DNA of 25,827 nucleotides from Acholeplasma sp. GTDB lineage: Bacteria > Bacillota_I > Bacilli_A > Acholeplasmatales > UBA5453. This document shows, piece by piece, positions 9,615 through 19,860 of this stretch. Made by a program: the position numbers and the translations under genes. The notes beneath the pieces were generated by a model. The model had not been told where the DNA came from, searched no databases, and saw only the letters and a list, made by a program, of their open reading frames with translations. Each line of letters opens with the position of its first letter. Positions within the stretch are counted from its first letter, which is position 1. The DNA is taken from contig JAVBWN010000010.1 in the NCBI GenBank assembly GCA_036677365.1, positions 1 through 25,827 on the forward strand, given 5' to 3'.

Positions 9615-10826
9615 TTATCGCTCCACATCTAGTAAGTAAACGGTGTCTTTGACAAGCAGCTTACCGACTTCCAATAAATCCTCTGGGGTGACTTGTTCAA
9701 TCTTTTCAATACGTTCAGCGAGTGTTGGGGTTTTACCCAATAACGTTTGAATGTAAATCAAGTTTTGTCTTGCCCCTTGAGAATCTTCGGATTCCTTCAA
9801 ATCATTGATGAGGGCTTGTTTGGATAGTGCGAGTTCTTTTTCACTGATGCGTTCTGTACACATACGTTTAACTTCTTCATCAATGACTTTCTTTGCTAAA
9901 TCCAAACGTTTCGCATCCACCCCTGAATAGATGAACAAGATACCTTTATAGGCATCATATACTGAGGATACATAATAACATAAGGAATGTTTTTCACGTA
10001 CATTTAAAAACAAACGTGAGTGCACATAACCGCCCAATGCTGCGTTGAATAGCACAGCAGCGACGTGTTTTGAATCGCCTTGACGGATTGGAAAACGATA
10101 GCCAATGTTGAGTTTGGTTTGGCTAATCTTGTCGTGTTCTACCACTTCAGTGACCGCTTGGACGGATTTAGTCTCATAGTCCAAGAAATCCATCGGTGAG
10201 AAGGATGCATTTGGGAAAATTGTTTGGGTTAAAGACACATCTTTTTTGTCGACATCCCCAGACAAAATGATTTGTAACTCGTCATTTTCGACAAAGTCTT
10301 TGTACATTTTTTTGAATTGCTTGAAAGTCAATGCCTCAAGTTGTGCCTTGGTTCCAGAGACCCTTGCCCCATACAGTTCACCTTGACACATTTCTTCAAA
10401 TAATCGCGTCAGAGCGAAGCGTGTTTTATCATTTTCTTTAGAAACCACTTCTTCGATCAATAAACTCTTTTCAAGTTCAAAATCTTTTTCATTGAAAGTA
10501 TCATGGCCATAAATGTATTCTTTTAAGAAGTTTAAGCCTTCACTGAATAACTTATGATCTAGAGCAAGACTTGGATTAACCAGTTTCAATTGGACATGAA
10601 TGATGCTTAAAATGCCTGTTTTGTTCGTGTTTGAAGTCAAACTCGCACCATACATGCTTTCTAATTTTTCATTGAATTGTTGACGATTTTTATATTGGTT
10701 TGTTTTCGTTCTCAATACACTTGGCAATAGGGTTCTGAAAGCAAACTCATCCACTTTAGCTACTCTTTTGAATTTTAAGGTGATTAGTACCGTTTTAAAT
10801 TTTTTCGTTTGGTCAACTAAAATCAT
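9615..10826 (-). CDS. ymfF: M16 family peptidase, inactive partner subunit (YmfF-like)
   Basis: TKKFKT, QTKLNIG and SRLFLNVREKHSLCYY; no HXXEH motif; tandem with ymfH. Confidence 0.8.
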   Translation of the reverse strand: MILVDQTKKFKTVLITLKFKRVAKVDEFAFRTLLPSVLRTKTNQYKNRQQFNEKLESMYGASLTSNTNKTGILSIIHVQLKLVNPSLALDHKLFSEGLNFLKEYIYGHDTFNEKDFELEKSLLIEEVVSKENDKTRFALTRLFEEMCQGELYGARVSGTKAQLEALTFKQFKKMYKDFVENDELQIILSGDVDKKDVSLTQTIFPNASFSPMDFLDYETKSVQAVTEVVEHDKISQTKLNIGYRFPIRQGDSKHVAAVLFNAALGGYVHSRLFLNVREKHSLCYYVSSVYDAYKGILFIYSGVDAKRLDLAKKVIDEEVKRMCTERISEKELALSKQALINDLKESEDSQGARQNLIYIQTLLGKTPTLAERIEKIEQVTPEDLLEVGKLLVKDTVYLLDVER

Positions 10827-11542
10827 GATTTAATGGCCACTTCTAACGCAATTTCCATCATTTTAGTGAAGGATTTTTGTCTTTCTTCTGCGGTAGTAGC
10901 TGCGTGGGTAACTAAAGAGTCCGAAACGGTGAGCAAGCAAGTTGCTTTCTTGTTCAATGCTTTCGCATTCGCAAATAAAGCAAATGATTCCATTTCAACG
11001 GCGATGCAGCCTTGTTCATTGAATCTTGCTTCATGGACGGAACCTTTTAGGTTATAAAACACATCTGAAGAGTGGATTCTTCCGACGGTGAGTGGGATAT
11101 TTAATTTTTGAGCGGCTTTGATGGCACGGTTGTTTAATACTTTGTTGGCTTTCAAAATCTTTGAACCCGTTAAACCCATGGTTTTTGCAAATGAGGATTC
11201 ACTGTAAGCTTCATCGACCAAGATGACATCGTACAAGTTTAGGTCTTTGGTGTAGGCACCACATGACCCAACGCGGATGATGTTTTCAACGCCATAGAAA
11301 TTGAAAAGTTCAAAAGAATAAATCCCAATCGATGGCATCCCCATCCCTGAACCAAATACAGTGACTGGTTTGCCTTTGTATTTACCGGTGTAACCAAACA
11401 TATTTCTGACTGCGTTGATTTGAACGACATCGGTTAAGAATGTTTCTGCAATCATTTTTGCACGTAGTGGGTCGCCTGGCATCAAGACCGTTTTCGCAAT
11501 TAAGTTTTTATCTGTAAGACTAATATGAGGTGTTGGAATCAT
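10823..11542 (-). CDS. deoD: Purine nucleoside phosphorylase DeoD-type (239 aa)
   Basis: [30 protein letters not shown] and VEMES. Start moved to ATG 11542 after AAGGAG. Confidence 0.95.
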   Translation of the reverse strand: MIPTPHISLTDKNLIAKTVLMPGDPLRAKMIAETFLTDVVQINAVRNMFGYTGKYKGKPVTVFGSGMGMPSIGIYSFELFNFYGVENIIRVGSCGAYTKDLNLYDVILVDEAYSESSFAKTMGLTGSKILKANKVLNNRAIKAAQKLNIPLTVGRIHSSDVFYNLKGSVHEARFNEQGCIAVEMESFALFANAKALNKKATCLLTVSDSLVTHAATTAEERQKSFTKMMEIALEVAIKS

Positions 11543-12200
11543 GTGTTTTTTCTCCTTGTTCGTGTGTAACAATTTTTATACCAGAAGACGCACCAATACG
11601 GGTCGCTCCAGCTTTAATCATAACCATGGCATCTTCGTAACTTCTAACACCACCGGAAGCTTTTACACCATAATTTGGTCCAACCGTTTTACGCATCAAT
11701 GCGATGTCTGCCGCGGTAGCGCCACCGGTAGAAAATCCGGTAGATGTTTTGACGAAGTCTGCCTTCGCTTGTACTGAAAGTTCACAGCCTTTCACCTTTT
11801 CCTCATCGGTAAGTAGGCAAGTTTCTAAAATGACTTTAACCAGTTTACCTGAGGCAGCCTGAACAACAGCTTGAATGTCTTTTAGTACCAAATCATATTT
11901 TTTGTCTTTGAGGTTACCCACAGAAATAACCATATCGATTTCATCCGCGCCATCTAAGACCGCTTGTTTGGTTTCAAAGGCTTTCGCTTCAGTCGAATGT
12001 GCCCCGGAGGGGAAACCAACGACTGTACAAACCAAAACATTGGTATCTTTTAACAATGATTTGGCTAATTTGACATAATTGGGATTGACACAAACACTCA
12101 TGAAGTCATAGGTCTTTGCCTCTTCACAAAGTTTTACAATGTCCGCTTCCACCACACTTGGACCCAATTTTGTGTGGTCAATGAATTTGTTCAGTAACAT
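11520..12200 (-). CDS. deoC: Deoxyribose-phosphate aldolase
   Basis: [26 protein letters not shown] and VKASGGVR. Confidence 0.96.
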   Translation of the reverse strand: MLLNKFIDHTKLGPSVVEADIVKLCEEAKTYDFMSVCVNPNYVKLAKSLLKDTNVLVCTVVGFPSGAHSTEAKAFETKQAVLDGADEIDMVISVGNLKDKKYDLVLKDIQAVVQAASGKLVKVILETCLLTDEEKVKGCELSVQAKADFVKTSTGFSTGGATAADIALMRKTVGPNYGVKASGGVRSYEDAMVMIKAGATRIGASSGIKIVTHEQGEKTHDSNTSY

Positions 12201-12201
12201 A

Positions 12202-12438
12202 CTAAACCTCCGTTCCGCCTTTACGACTTAATTTGACAATATGTACGAGTGTAAGCCCTACGTTGAGCAGGGTTACCGATAGTGAACTGATCATCACACC
12301 ATAAACAATGAAAATCAAACTACCAATGATATTGATGTAGCGGATATTTCTTTCACCCTTCATTAAAAACGAGATTAAGACGAGTGCGCCGGCAGTGACG
12401 CCGAATATTTCGACGATGGTCGGGTCAATATTAAACAA
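12202..12438 (-). CDS. Small three-helix membrane protein, YgjV/PQ-loop-like (TTG start)
   Basis: 78 aa with three hydrophobic segments and an ISFLMK..IRYIN..GS..FIVYG..LLN pattern; GGAGG RBS. Confidence 0.6.
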   Translation of the reverse strand: MFNIDPTIVEIFGVTAGALVLISFLMKGERNIRYINIIGSLIFIVYGVMISSLSVTLLNVGLTLVHIVKLSRKGGTEV

Positions 12439-12463
12439 AGTATATACCTCCTTATTTGGTATT

Positions 12464-12484
12464 AAAAGGGTCTAACTGACCCTT
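12464..12484 (-). terminator. Weak terminator-like hairpin at the end of the 288-aa gene
   Basis: aagggtc-N5-gaccctt with a short U-run. Confidence 0.35.
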
Positions 12485-13349
12485 AAATGTCGATGACTTG
12501 ATCCAATTCAATGTGAACCAATGAACCATTGATTGGGGTGAATTTGGTTTTTTTAATGATCTTCATGACCTTTTTCAAATGCTTAGGTTCAACCACTTTG
12601 GTATTTTGTAAGAAACCTGGGACACCGGTAGTCATTTTGTCGATTTTGGCCATAATCTCATGATAGGGGATGATTCTTTGTTCTAACCCCATTCGGAAAT
12701 ACACATAATCGATGTGTGGTGGAAATAACGTTACGGTATTTTCACGCCATTCAATCGAAAAATGAACCTTTTGGTCTTCGTCTAAAACAACGAAATAATT
12801 AGGGACATAGATATCGAGTTCTTTATAGTAACGATGTAAATCGTATTGCTCATCGACATACTTCAAGCAATCATTGAGTTTTTGATCATTAAAGGTATGG
12901 TAGTTTTTAAGTTGATAACCATATTTGTCTTTGTAGGCTTTGCGAACGATATCGAACACCTTTTCAACCACTTCCATTTTGAAATGTAAGACATCTTCAA
13001 ACATGTCATGGTAAATGGCAAAATTGAATTCTTTGCACAAGCGTTCAACAATATTGAATACTTTTTTCGCGCCATAAAAAGGCGTCATTAAAGGCATTTC
13101 TAGCCTAAAATTGACGTCTAAATATTGGGGGTCAAGCTTGTAAATATCGGTAACCGTAGATTTACGAGAAATGACAAAATCGGCCTTGGTTTTTAAGATG
13201 GGGTGACGATACTCCATGCGAACTTCGTTGGATGTTTCTGATACTTCACCGAGCGTTGCTTCCTGGACATCATCGAAAAAAGACAATATGCGTTCATAAT
13301 CAAAAGCTCGACTTTTTTCCTTAAAAAAATGAAGCACAAACACGTTCAT
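12483..13349 (-). CDS. Hypothetical soluble protein (288 aa)
   Basis: Long ORF tightly packed in the operon after surE, with an AAGGA RBS; no motif recognised. Confidence 0.8.
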   Translation of the reverse strand: MNVFVLHFFKEKSRAFDYERILSFFDDVQEATLGEVSETSNEVRMEYRHPILKTKADFVISRKSTVTDIYKLDPQYLDVNFRLEMPLMTPFYGAKKVFNIVERLCKEFNFAIYHDMFEDVLHFKMEVVEKVFDIVRKAYKDKYGYQLKNYHTFNDQKLNDCLKYVDEQYDLHRYYKELDIYVPNYFVVLDEDQKVHFSIEWRENTVTLFPPHIDYVYFRMGLEQRIIPYHEIMAKIDKMTTGVPGFLQNTKVVEPKHLKKVMKIIKKTKFTPINGSLVHIELDQVIDI

Positions 13350-13361
13350 ATAAACACATCC

Positions 13362-14132
13362 TTACTCAATTATATTATCATAAATTGAGGTGACATTCAA
13401 TTGCTTTTGGTTTTCTAAGATTTGAAGTAAATCGTTGTGGGTTCTATTTTCAAATAACGGTGTGATGGACAAATAGCCATTTCTGAATGCGGTGACATCA
13501 CTATGTTCATCTTCATTGGTGTCTAGTAATTCATAGACCGTTTCATACAAATCATCCCCCACACGGTTGAATTTTGCCGCGTGGTGGTGTCTACCTTGAG
13601 TCGTCCATTTCACACCGATAAACATATCGTATTTTGAACTTGGGTAGTTGATGTTTAAAATATATTCTTTACCCAACGCTTGATTTTCCAACAAGTATTT
13701 GACCAATTTATAGATCGATTTTTCAGCCATATGTAAGCTTTTCTTGGGTCCGGATACTGCGATGGCAGGGATCCCTAAAATGAGGGCTTCTGTGGCTGCT
13801 GCAACCGTACCAGAATATAAGACATCTGAACCGACATTTAAACCACTGTTGACGCCACTGACACATAAATCAAATGTGACACCCAAAATCCCGACTGCAA
13901 TTCGTGTGCAGTCGGCGGGTTTGCCTAAAACGGATAATGCTTTTTTAGCCCCATACAGTGTGCCATAATCTTTCACTTTTAAGGGTTCATTGATGGTGAT
14001 ACCGTGGCCTTGTCCACTTTGGTGGGTTTCTGGTGCAACCACATAAATATCGCCCAGTGGGGCGAGTTGTTTTGCTAAAACCTCAATACCAGGTTCTAAA
14101 ATGCCATCGTCATTGACAATGAGAATGTTCAT
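13362..14132 (-). CDS. surE: 5'/3'-nucleotidase SurE (256 aa)
   Basis: NILIVNDDG, VVAP..QSG, GKPADC and SGVN.G.N.G..VLYSGTVAAA. Start placed at ATG 14132. Confidence 0.94.
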   Translation of the reverse strand: MNILIVNDDGILEPGIEVLAKQLAPLGDIYVVAPETHQSGQGHGITINEPLKVKDYGTLYGAKKALSVLGKPADCTRIAVGILGVTFDLCVSGVNSGLNVGSDVLYSGTVAAATEALILGIPAIAVSGPKKSLHMAEKSIYKLVKYLLENQALGKEYILNINYPSSKYDMFIGVKWTTQGRHHHAAKFNRVGDDLYETVYELLDTNEDEHSDVTAFRNGYLSITPLFENRTHNDLLQILENQKQLNVTSIYDNIIE

Positions 14133-14133
14133 A

Positions 14134-16827
14134 TTACTCACCTTTTAATACCAGAGCACAGCGAGGACAAACGTGGTCATCGTTGATGGTTGGAACAATA
14201 TTCCAGCAACGTTCACACTTGTGTCCCTCAGCGACGAGCGTATGAACTACCAAAGATTCACCGATGCTTAGAGATACATCCGATACCATCCAAACTTGGG
14301 TTAAGGATACATTTAATAGATCGAGTGAGGCTTTCATCGATGCGGGTAGTTGGACTACCGCTTTCGCTTCTAAGGATTTACCAATAACTTTATTCTTGCG
14401 CATGTCTTCAAGTTGTTTTAGAAGTTCGTCTCTTACCACCATGAAATCGTCAAAGGCTTTGTCTAGATGACGGTCTGGGTAGTTTTCTAGTCGAGGCATA
14501 CGTTCAAGATATACATCGTCTAAGTGTTCAAATGGTAAAGCCCAATAGGCTTCAGATGTGGTATGTGGTAGTATTGGATTCAATAATTTGAGCAAGGTCA
14601 TCAATTGTTCATATAGTACCGTTTGTACACTTCTTCTAAGCAGTCCTTTTTGAGCTTCCACATACAAAATATCCTTGGTGTAGTCTAAATAGAATGCGGA
14701 TAAATCGTTGATCATGTAGTTGTTGACTTGACGATAGACCACATCGAATTTGTAGCCATCAAATGCGTCATAAACGCTTTGTTTTAAATCTTCGAGCTTA
14801 TGTAACATCACTTTATCGAGTGATCCTAAATCCTTGTAAGCCACTTGATCGAAAGCTGGGTTAAAATCGAATAAATTGGATAAGAGAAATTTAAATGTAT
14901 TGCGGATTTTACGGTAGGATTCAGAGACCTGTTTCATCAATTGATCACCAATTCGAACGTCGGATGAATACTCAACGGATGAAACCCATAATCTTAAGAT
15001 GTCGGCACCCATTTCTGAAGTGATTTTTAGTGGGTCTGTGGTATTACCTAAGGATTTACTCATGGCTCTACCATCTTTATCTAAGACGAACCCATGCGAC
15101 ACGACTGCTTTGTATGGCGCTTTACCATATAAAGCAACCCCGGTGATCAAGGAGGAGTTGAACCAACCACGGTATTGGTCAGACCCTTCAAGATATAAAT
15201 CTGCAGGGTAAGCTAAACCGCGTCTTTGTAAGAGTTTATGGGATGACCCTGAGTCAAACCAAACGTCCATGATGTCGGTTTCTTTTCTAAATAGACCATT
15301 TGGTGAACCTGGGTGTGTGAACCCTTTCGGTAACAATTCAACGGGGTCTTTATCCAACCATGCGTTGGTGCCTTCTTGTTCCACGATCGCGGCGACATGG
15401 TTAATGACTTTTTGGTCAAGAATGGCTTCTCCGTTTTCTGCATAAAACACGGGGATTGGTACACCCCAAGCACGTTGACGAGAAATACACCAGTCCGTGC
15501 GGTCTTTAATCATATTATGGATGCGTAACTCGCCCCATTTTTGGACCCAGTTGGTATTCTTGATTTCATCGAGTAATGGTTTTTTCAATAAATCGATCGA
15601 TGCGAACCATTGCGGGGTCGCTCTAAAAATGATTGGCTTTTTGGTACGCCAGTCATGTGGATAGCTGTGTTTAAAATAGCTTACATGCAATAAATTGCCT
15701 AGGTTTTGGAGTTTTTCAATGATGAGTGGATTGGCTTTTTCATAATAAATGCCTTCAAACTCAAGCGCTTCTTTGGTGAATACACCCTTGTCATCCACAG
15801 GTACTAAAATGTCTAAATTGTATTTTTTCCCCACATTATAGTCATCTTCACCATGCCCTGGTGCGGTATGAACCAAACCTGTACCATCGGTATCGGTGAC
15901 ATGTTCACCTAGAATCACAGGGCATACTTTGCCATTCAATGGGTGCACATATTGGATAAATTCTAAATCGGTGCCAGGGAAAGTTTCCTCAACAACATAA
16001 TTTTCAAACTTTAAAACGGAAGCCACTTTTTCAACCAAGGACTTCACGACGATGTATTGAACGCCTTGAACATTTATGACAACATACGTGAGGGTTGGGT
16101 TGGCTGAGATGGCCAGATTAGCAGGCAATGTCCATGGCGTTGTGGTCCAAATAATGAGTTTTTGACCATGACGTTTTTCGGATACAACATCAAATGCCAC
16201 ATAAATCGATGGGCTGGTGACATCTTCATACTCAATTTCTGCTTCTGCCAAAGCAGATTCCGAACTTGGTGACCAATAGACTGGTTTTAAGCCTTTGTAA
16301 ATGAGCCCTTTTTCAGCCATAGCACCAAATACACGGAGTTGATCGGCTTCAAATGCAGGGTTTAAGGTGATGTAAGGATGATCCCATTCACCCAAAATAC
16401 CCAAGCGTTTGAATTGGACTTTTTGCATCTTCACTTGTTCTAAGGCATAGTCATGACATAGTTTTCTGAAATCAGAAACCGTCATTTCTTTGCGATTGAC
16501 GCCTTTTTTGGTCAACGCTTGTTCAATCGGTAAACCATGTGTATCCCAACCAGGGATATATGGCGCATAAAAACCTTGCATCGTTTTATAACGAATGACA
16601 AAGTCTTTAAGAATTTTGTTGAGTGAATGGCCAATATGAATCGCGCCATTGGCATATGGCGGGCCGTCGTGCAATACGAATGGCGTGTTGCCTTCGTTTT
16701 GTTTCAATACGCGGTTGTATAAGTCCATTGCTTCCCATTTGGCTTGGAAATCAACTTCTCTTACACCTAGATTCCCACGCATTTCAAAACTGGTTTGTGG
16801 TAATAATAATGTGTCTTTTAATTCCAT
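14134..16827 (-). CDS. ileS: Isoleucine--tRNA ligase, type 1
   Basis: LHDGPPYANGAIHIGH, WTTTPWT, DWCISRQR, AMSKS and a C-terminal zinc finger CERC..CPRC. Confidence 0.98.
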   Translation of the reverse strand: MELKDTLLLPQTSFEMRGNLGVREVDFQAKWEAMDLYNRVLKQNEGNTPFVLHDGPPYANGAIHIGHSLNKILKDFVIRYKTMQGFYAPYIPGWDTHGLPIEQALTKKGVNRKEMTVSDFRKLCHDYALEQVKMQKVQFKRLGILGEWDHPYITLNPAFEADQLRVFGAMAEKGLIYKGLKPVYWSPSSESALAEAEIEYEDVTSPSIYVAFDVVSEKRHGQKLIIWTTTPWTLPANLAISANPTLTYVVINVQGVQYIVVKSLVEKVASVLKFENYVVEETFPGTDLEFIQYVHPLNGKVCPVILGEHVTDTDGTGLVHTAPGHGEDDYNVGKKYNLDILVPVDDKGVFTKEALEFEGIYYEKANPLIIEKLQNLGNLLHVSYFKHSYPHDWRTKKPIIFRATPQWFASIDLLKKPLLDEIKNTNWVQKWGELRIHNMIKDRTDWCISRQRAWGVPIPVFYAENGEAILDQKVINHVAAIVEQEGTNAWLDKDPVELLPKGFTHPGSPNGLFRKETDIMDVWFDSGSSHKLLQRRGLAYPADLYLEGSDQYRGWFNSSLITGVALYGKAPYKAVVSHGFVLDKDGRAMSKSLGNTTDPLKITSEMGADILRLWVSSVEYSSDVRIGDQLMKQVSESYRKIRNTFKFLLSNLFDFNPAFDQVAYKDLGSLDKVMLHKLEDLKQSVYDAFDGYKFDVVYRQVNNYMINDLSAFYLDYTKDILYVEAQKGLLRRSVQTVLYEQLMTLLKLLNPILPHTTSEAYWALPFEHLDDVYLERMPRLENYPDRHLDKAFDDFMVVRDELLKQLEDMRKNKVIGKSLEAKAVVQLPASMKASLDLLNVSLTQVWMVSDVSLSIGESLVVHTLVAEGHKCERCWNIVPTINDDHVCPRCALVLKGE

Positions 16828-16850
16828 GGTTTTTTCCTCCTAATAAAAAT

Positions 16851-16881
16851 AAAAAACGTCCCTAGATTACATCTAAGGACG
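16851..16881 (-). terminator. T-box leader terminator
   Basis: Minus strand cgtccttagat-gta-atctagggacg followed by a U-run, immediately after the T-box motif. Confidence 0.85.
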
Positions 16882-17050
16882 ACAATGTCGCGGTACCACC
16901 TTAGTTCTAACGTCATAAAAAACCGTTAGCCCTCTTACACTTTAACGCAGTGTTTACAGTTGCTCCTTGGTGATAATATAGAATGATTTGCTTAGGCTTT
17001 CACCATGCCCTAAGTCGCTTTGTGCTACCTTTTTCTATACCGTGTCCATT
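16851..17050 (-). promoter_or_regulatory. T-box riboswitch (Ile) upstream of ileS
   Basis: T-box AAGGTGGTACCGCG (16889-16902); stem I with AGCGA bulge and GGTGAAA apical loop; candidate specifier AUC (Ile) at 16972-16974; downstream terminator. Confidence 0.92.
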
Positions 17051-17051
17051 G

Positions 17052-17759
17052 TCATCGCAACAATTCACATTTGATTCTGATTTTTTGACTTTTAGATGTA
17101 CCCACATCATCGGTCAAGACGATTCTTCCAAATCCTCTGACTGATATTATATCATAAGGTTTCACTAAAATTGTATACTTTTGTATCGGAAAGTAGTTGA
17201 TTTTGACTTTTTCTTGGTCAATCAGTACTTTCACATCATCGCGTTGGATATTGAAGGCTTTACTGATAAGTGCATCAACCCGCAAACTGTCCAAAAACAT
17301 AGTGATGGTTTCACTTTTTTCTTTCATTGTGGTTGGGAGTTCGTCGATGACTTCAAAATAGATGAAATCGGATTTTATTTGATGTAAATCTTTAAAAACT
17401 TGTTTCAGTTCAGCAACCACTTCGATGTAGATATGGGTATCTGTGATATAAATATCACCAAAGGTATCTCGCTCAATCCCTAAATGCATGAGTGCGCCTA
17501 AAACATCTCTGTGTGACAATGTTTCATCTTGATAAGTACTTCTCAATGTCACCGTTTTAAAATCAGGCTGGATGGGTTCATCCGATACCACCACACGTGC
17601 GTACTCCGCTTTTGGGTTGGACTCAAAAATATGAAAACCTTTAAACATCGATTTGACCAAATCCCGTTCAGGCGGATTCAAAAATCGATATAAAAGGTCT
17701 TTTTGAAAAGCATCTCTTTGGTTTTTAAGGCGTCTATAAAAATCAGTCTTTGTATTCAT
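17052..17759 (-). CDS. ylmH: YlmH/Sll1252-family S4-domain RNA-binding protein
   Basis: LSHRDVLGALMHLGIERDTFGDI, SLRVDALIS and DIISVRGFGR. Confidence 0.9.
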   Translation of the reverse strand: MNTKTDFYRRLKNQRDAFQKDLLYRFLNPPERDLVKSMFKGFHIFESNPKAEYARVVVSDEPIQPDFKTVTLRSTYQDETLSHRDVLGALMHLGIERDTFGDIYITDTHIYIEVVAELKQVFKDLHQIKSDFIYFEVIDELPTTMKEKSETITMFLDSLRVDALISKAFNIQRDDVKVLIDQEKVKINYFPIQKYTILVKPYDIISVRGFGRIVLTDDVGTSKSQKIRIKCELLR

Positions 17760-18090
17760 CGATGAATTGTTTCAACGTGCCATCTTTAAACTCTTGTTGA
17801 CGCGCAAATAGAAATACTTTCTTATTGATTTGGATGATTTCACCTTCGATGGCGAATACCACACCAGACAAAAAGGCCATGATTTTGTTGGCTGGGTCTG
17901 GTTGTAACTCTTCAAAATTAAGTACCAATGGGTTGCCATCGATGAGTTCGGTAGCCAGTGAAGTGATGTATACATCATCATCGGTGGATAACGATTCAAA
18001 AATGATTCGATCGAATGCCGATGAGAGTGTTTCACCTTGATAATTAGGTAAGACATTTTCTGTTTTTTTGGTTTTACTAAATATTGCCAT
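17743..18090 (-). CDS. sepF: Cell division protein SepF
   Basis: GNPLVLNFE..ANKIMAFLSGVVFAIEGEIIQI..KVFLF; located between yggS and ylmH. Confidence 0.85.
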   Translation of the reverse strand: MAIFSKTKKTENVLPNYQGETLSSAFDRIIFESLSTDDDVYITSLATELIDGNPLVLNFEELQPDPANKIMAFLSGVVFAIEGEIIQINKKVFLFARQQEFKDGTLKQFIDEYKD

Positions 18091-18098
18091 AGATTACC

Positions 18099-18722
18099 TC
18101 ACAGGATGAATTTTCGACCGATTCGAACAAAATCGGTGCCGATGGATAAGGCCAATTCATAATCGTTGGTCATCCCCATTGAAACAAAAGGCAGATGGTA
18201 ATGGATTTTTAAAGCTTTCAGCGTTTGGAATACGGCTTTGGTAGCCTCGATGTCTTGATCGACACCCATCCCCATCAAACCAACTATCTTTATTTTATCA
18301 TAATTTGTCAGTTCTTTTAAGAAATCGTCTAAATCTTCGCGCTTGAGTCCCGTTTTATTGGGTTCGTTGGCTAAATTCAATTCGATGAAACAAGGCAATG
18401 GTTTGTTTCGATACTTTTGGATTTCTTTAGCCAATTTGATTGAATCTAAACTGTGTAAATAGTCGATTTCATTGATGAGTTTTTTCACTTTGTTGGTTTG
18501 GAGGTGGCCAATGAAGTGCCATAGGATATCTAAATCGGTCAGTGCTGCTTTTTTATCTAACAATACTTGCGCATGATTTTCACCGAAGTGACGGATACCT
18601 GCGTGATAAATTTCTTTCATCTCGAGCGCATTTACATATTTAGATGCACAAATCACTTGGACATTCGGATGTTGTTGAACCGATGCCAAAATGGTCTGCG
18701 TATTGTCCGTTAAATTAGACAT
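18099..18722 (-). CDS. yggS: YggS family PLP homeostasis protein (207 aa)
   Basis: FGEN, WHFIGHLQTNKVK, GLM, SMGMTNDY and VRIG. Likely start ATG 18722, overlapping the ychF end. Confidence 0.92.
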   Translation of the reverse strand: MSNLTDNTQTILASVQQHPNVQVICASKYVNALEMKEIYHAGIRHFGENHAQVLLDKKAALTDLDILWHFIGHLQTNKVKKLINEIDYLHSLDSIKLAKEIQKYRNKPLPCFIELNLANEPNKTGLKREDLDDFLKELTNYDKIKIVGLMGMGVDQDIEATKAVFQTLKALKIHYHLPFVSMGMTNDYELALSIGTDFVRIGRKFIL

Positions 18723-19815
18723 TGAATTTAAACAACATGACATCCCCGTCTTTGACAAGATAATCTTTACCTTCTTGTCTCACACGGCCAGCTTCTTTCG
18801 CAGCTAAATAAGATCCATGCTTGATTAAATCGTCATAGGCCACGGTTTCAGCTCGAATAAAACCGCGTTCGAAATCGCTGTGGATGATACCGGCACATTG
18901 GGGTGCAGTCATACCTCTTTTGAAAGTCCATGCTCTGGCTTCCATTGGACCCGCGGTGAAATAGGTTTCTAAGCCTAAGCGGTGGTATGTGGTACGAATC
19001 AATTGATCCAACCCTGCTTCATGTAAGCCGAGTTCAGCCATGAACATGGCTTTTTCTTCATCGTCGAGTTGGGCGAGTTCAGATTCAATTTGTGCCGATA
19101 TGTGAACCACATCGGCGGATTCATTTTTGCCTTTTTCAACCAATCTCAAATAGACTGGGTTATTTTCAATCGTTTTGATTTCAGATTCAGACACATTCGC
19201 GATGTAAATCATCGCTTTGGCAGAAAGGAAATTATAGCTCTTGATGATGGCTTTTTCACTGTCGGTTAAATCCATCAAGCGGATGGGCATATTGTCTTCT
19301 AATGCTTGTTTGATTTTGCTTAAGACTTCAAATTCTTCTTTTTCCTCAGGGTTTCCTGCGGTTTTCGCTTTCTTTTCAATCTTTGGAATGCGTTTCATGA
19401 CGGTATCATAATCGGCAATATTCAATTCAAGTTGAATGATATCGATGTCACGAAGTGGATCGACAGAACCTTCGACGTGAATGATGTTGTCATCTTTAAA
19501 GAGACGTACCACTTGACAAATGGTGTCTACATCTCGGATGTGGCTTAAAAATTGGTTCCCAAGACCTTCGCCTTTGGACGCCCCTTTGACCAATCCTGCG
19601 ATGTCGATGAACTCGACTGTGGTTGGGACAATTCTGCCAGATTTGTACATGGTTGCCAGTACATCTAAACGTTTATCCTTTAAGGTAACCACACCCACGT
19701 TGGGGTCGATGGTTGCGAAAGGATAGTTGGCTGCGAGTGCAGCACTTTTGGTGATTGCATTGAATAATGTGGATTTACCAACATTGGGTAATCCCACGAT
19801 ACCTGCTCTTAACAT
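18715..19815 (-). CDS. ychF: Redox-regulated ribosome-binding ATPase YchF
   Basis: GIVGLPNVGKSTLFNA, NYPFATIDPN, DIAGLVKGASKGEGLGNQFL and IHSDFERGFIRAE. Confidence 0.97.
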   Translation of the reverse strand: MLRAGIVGLPNVGKSTLFNAITKSAALAANYPFATIDPNVGVVTLKDKRLDVLATMYKSGRIVPTTVEFIDIAGLVKGASKGEGLGNQFLSHIRDVDTICQVVRLFKDDNIIHVEGSVDPLRDIDIIQLELNIADYDTVMKRIPKIEKKAKTAGNPEEKEEFEVLSKIKQALEDNMPIRLMDLTDSEKAIIKSYNFLSAKAMIYIANVSESEIKTIENNPVYLRLVEKGKNESADVVHISAQIESELAQLDDEEKAMFMAELGLHEAGLDQLIRTTYHRLGLETYFTAGPMEARAWTFKRGMTAPQCAGIIHSDFERGFIRAETVAYDDLIKHGSYLAAKEAGRVRQEGKDYLVKDGDVMLFKFNV

Positions 19816-19834
19816 AATAAATACTCCTTCATCA

Positions 19835-19859
19835 AAAAAGGCGCCATGGCCCCTTTTTC
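19835..19859 (-). terminator. Possible weak terminator between ftsZ and ychF
   Basis: aaaaagggcc-at-ggcgcctttttt imperfect hairpin with a U-run. Confidence 0.4.
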
Positions 19860-19860
19860 G

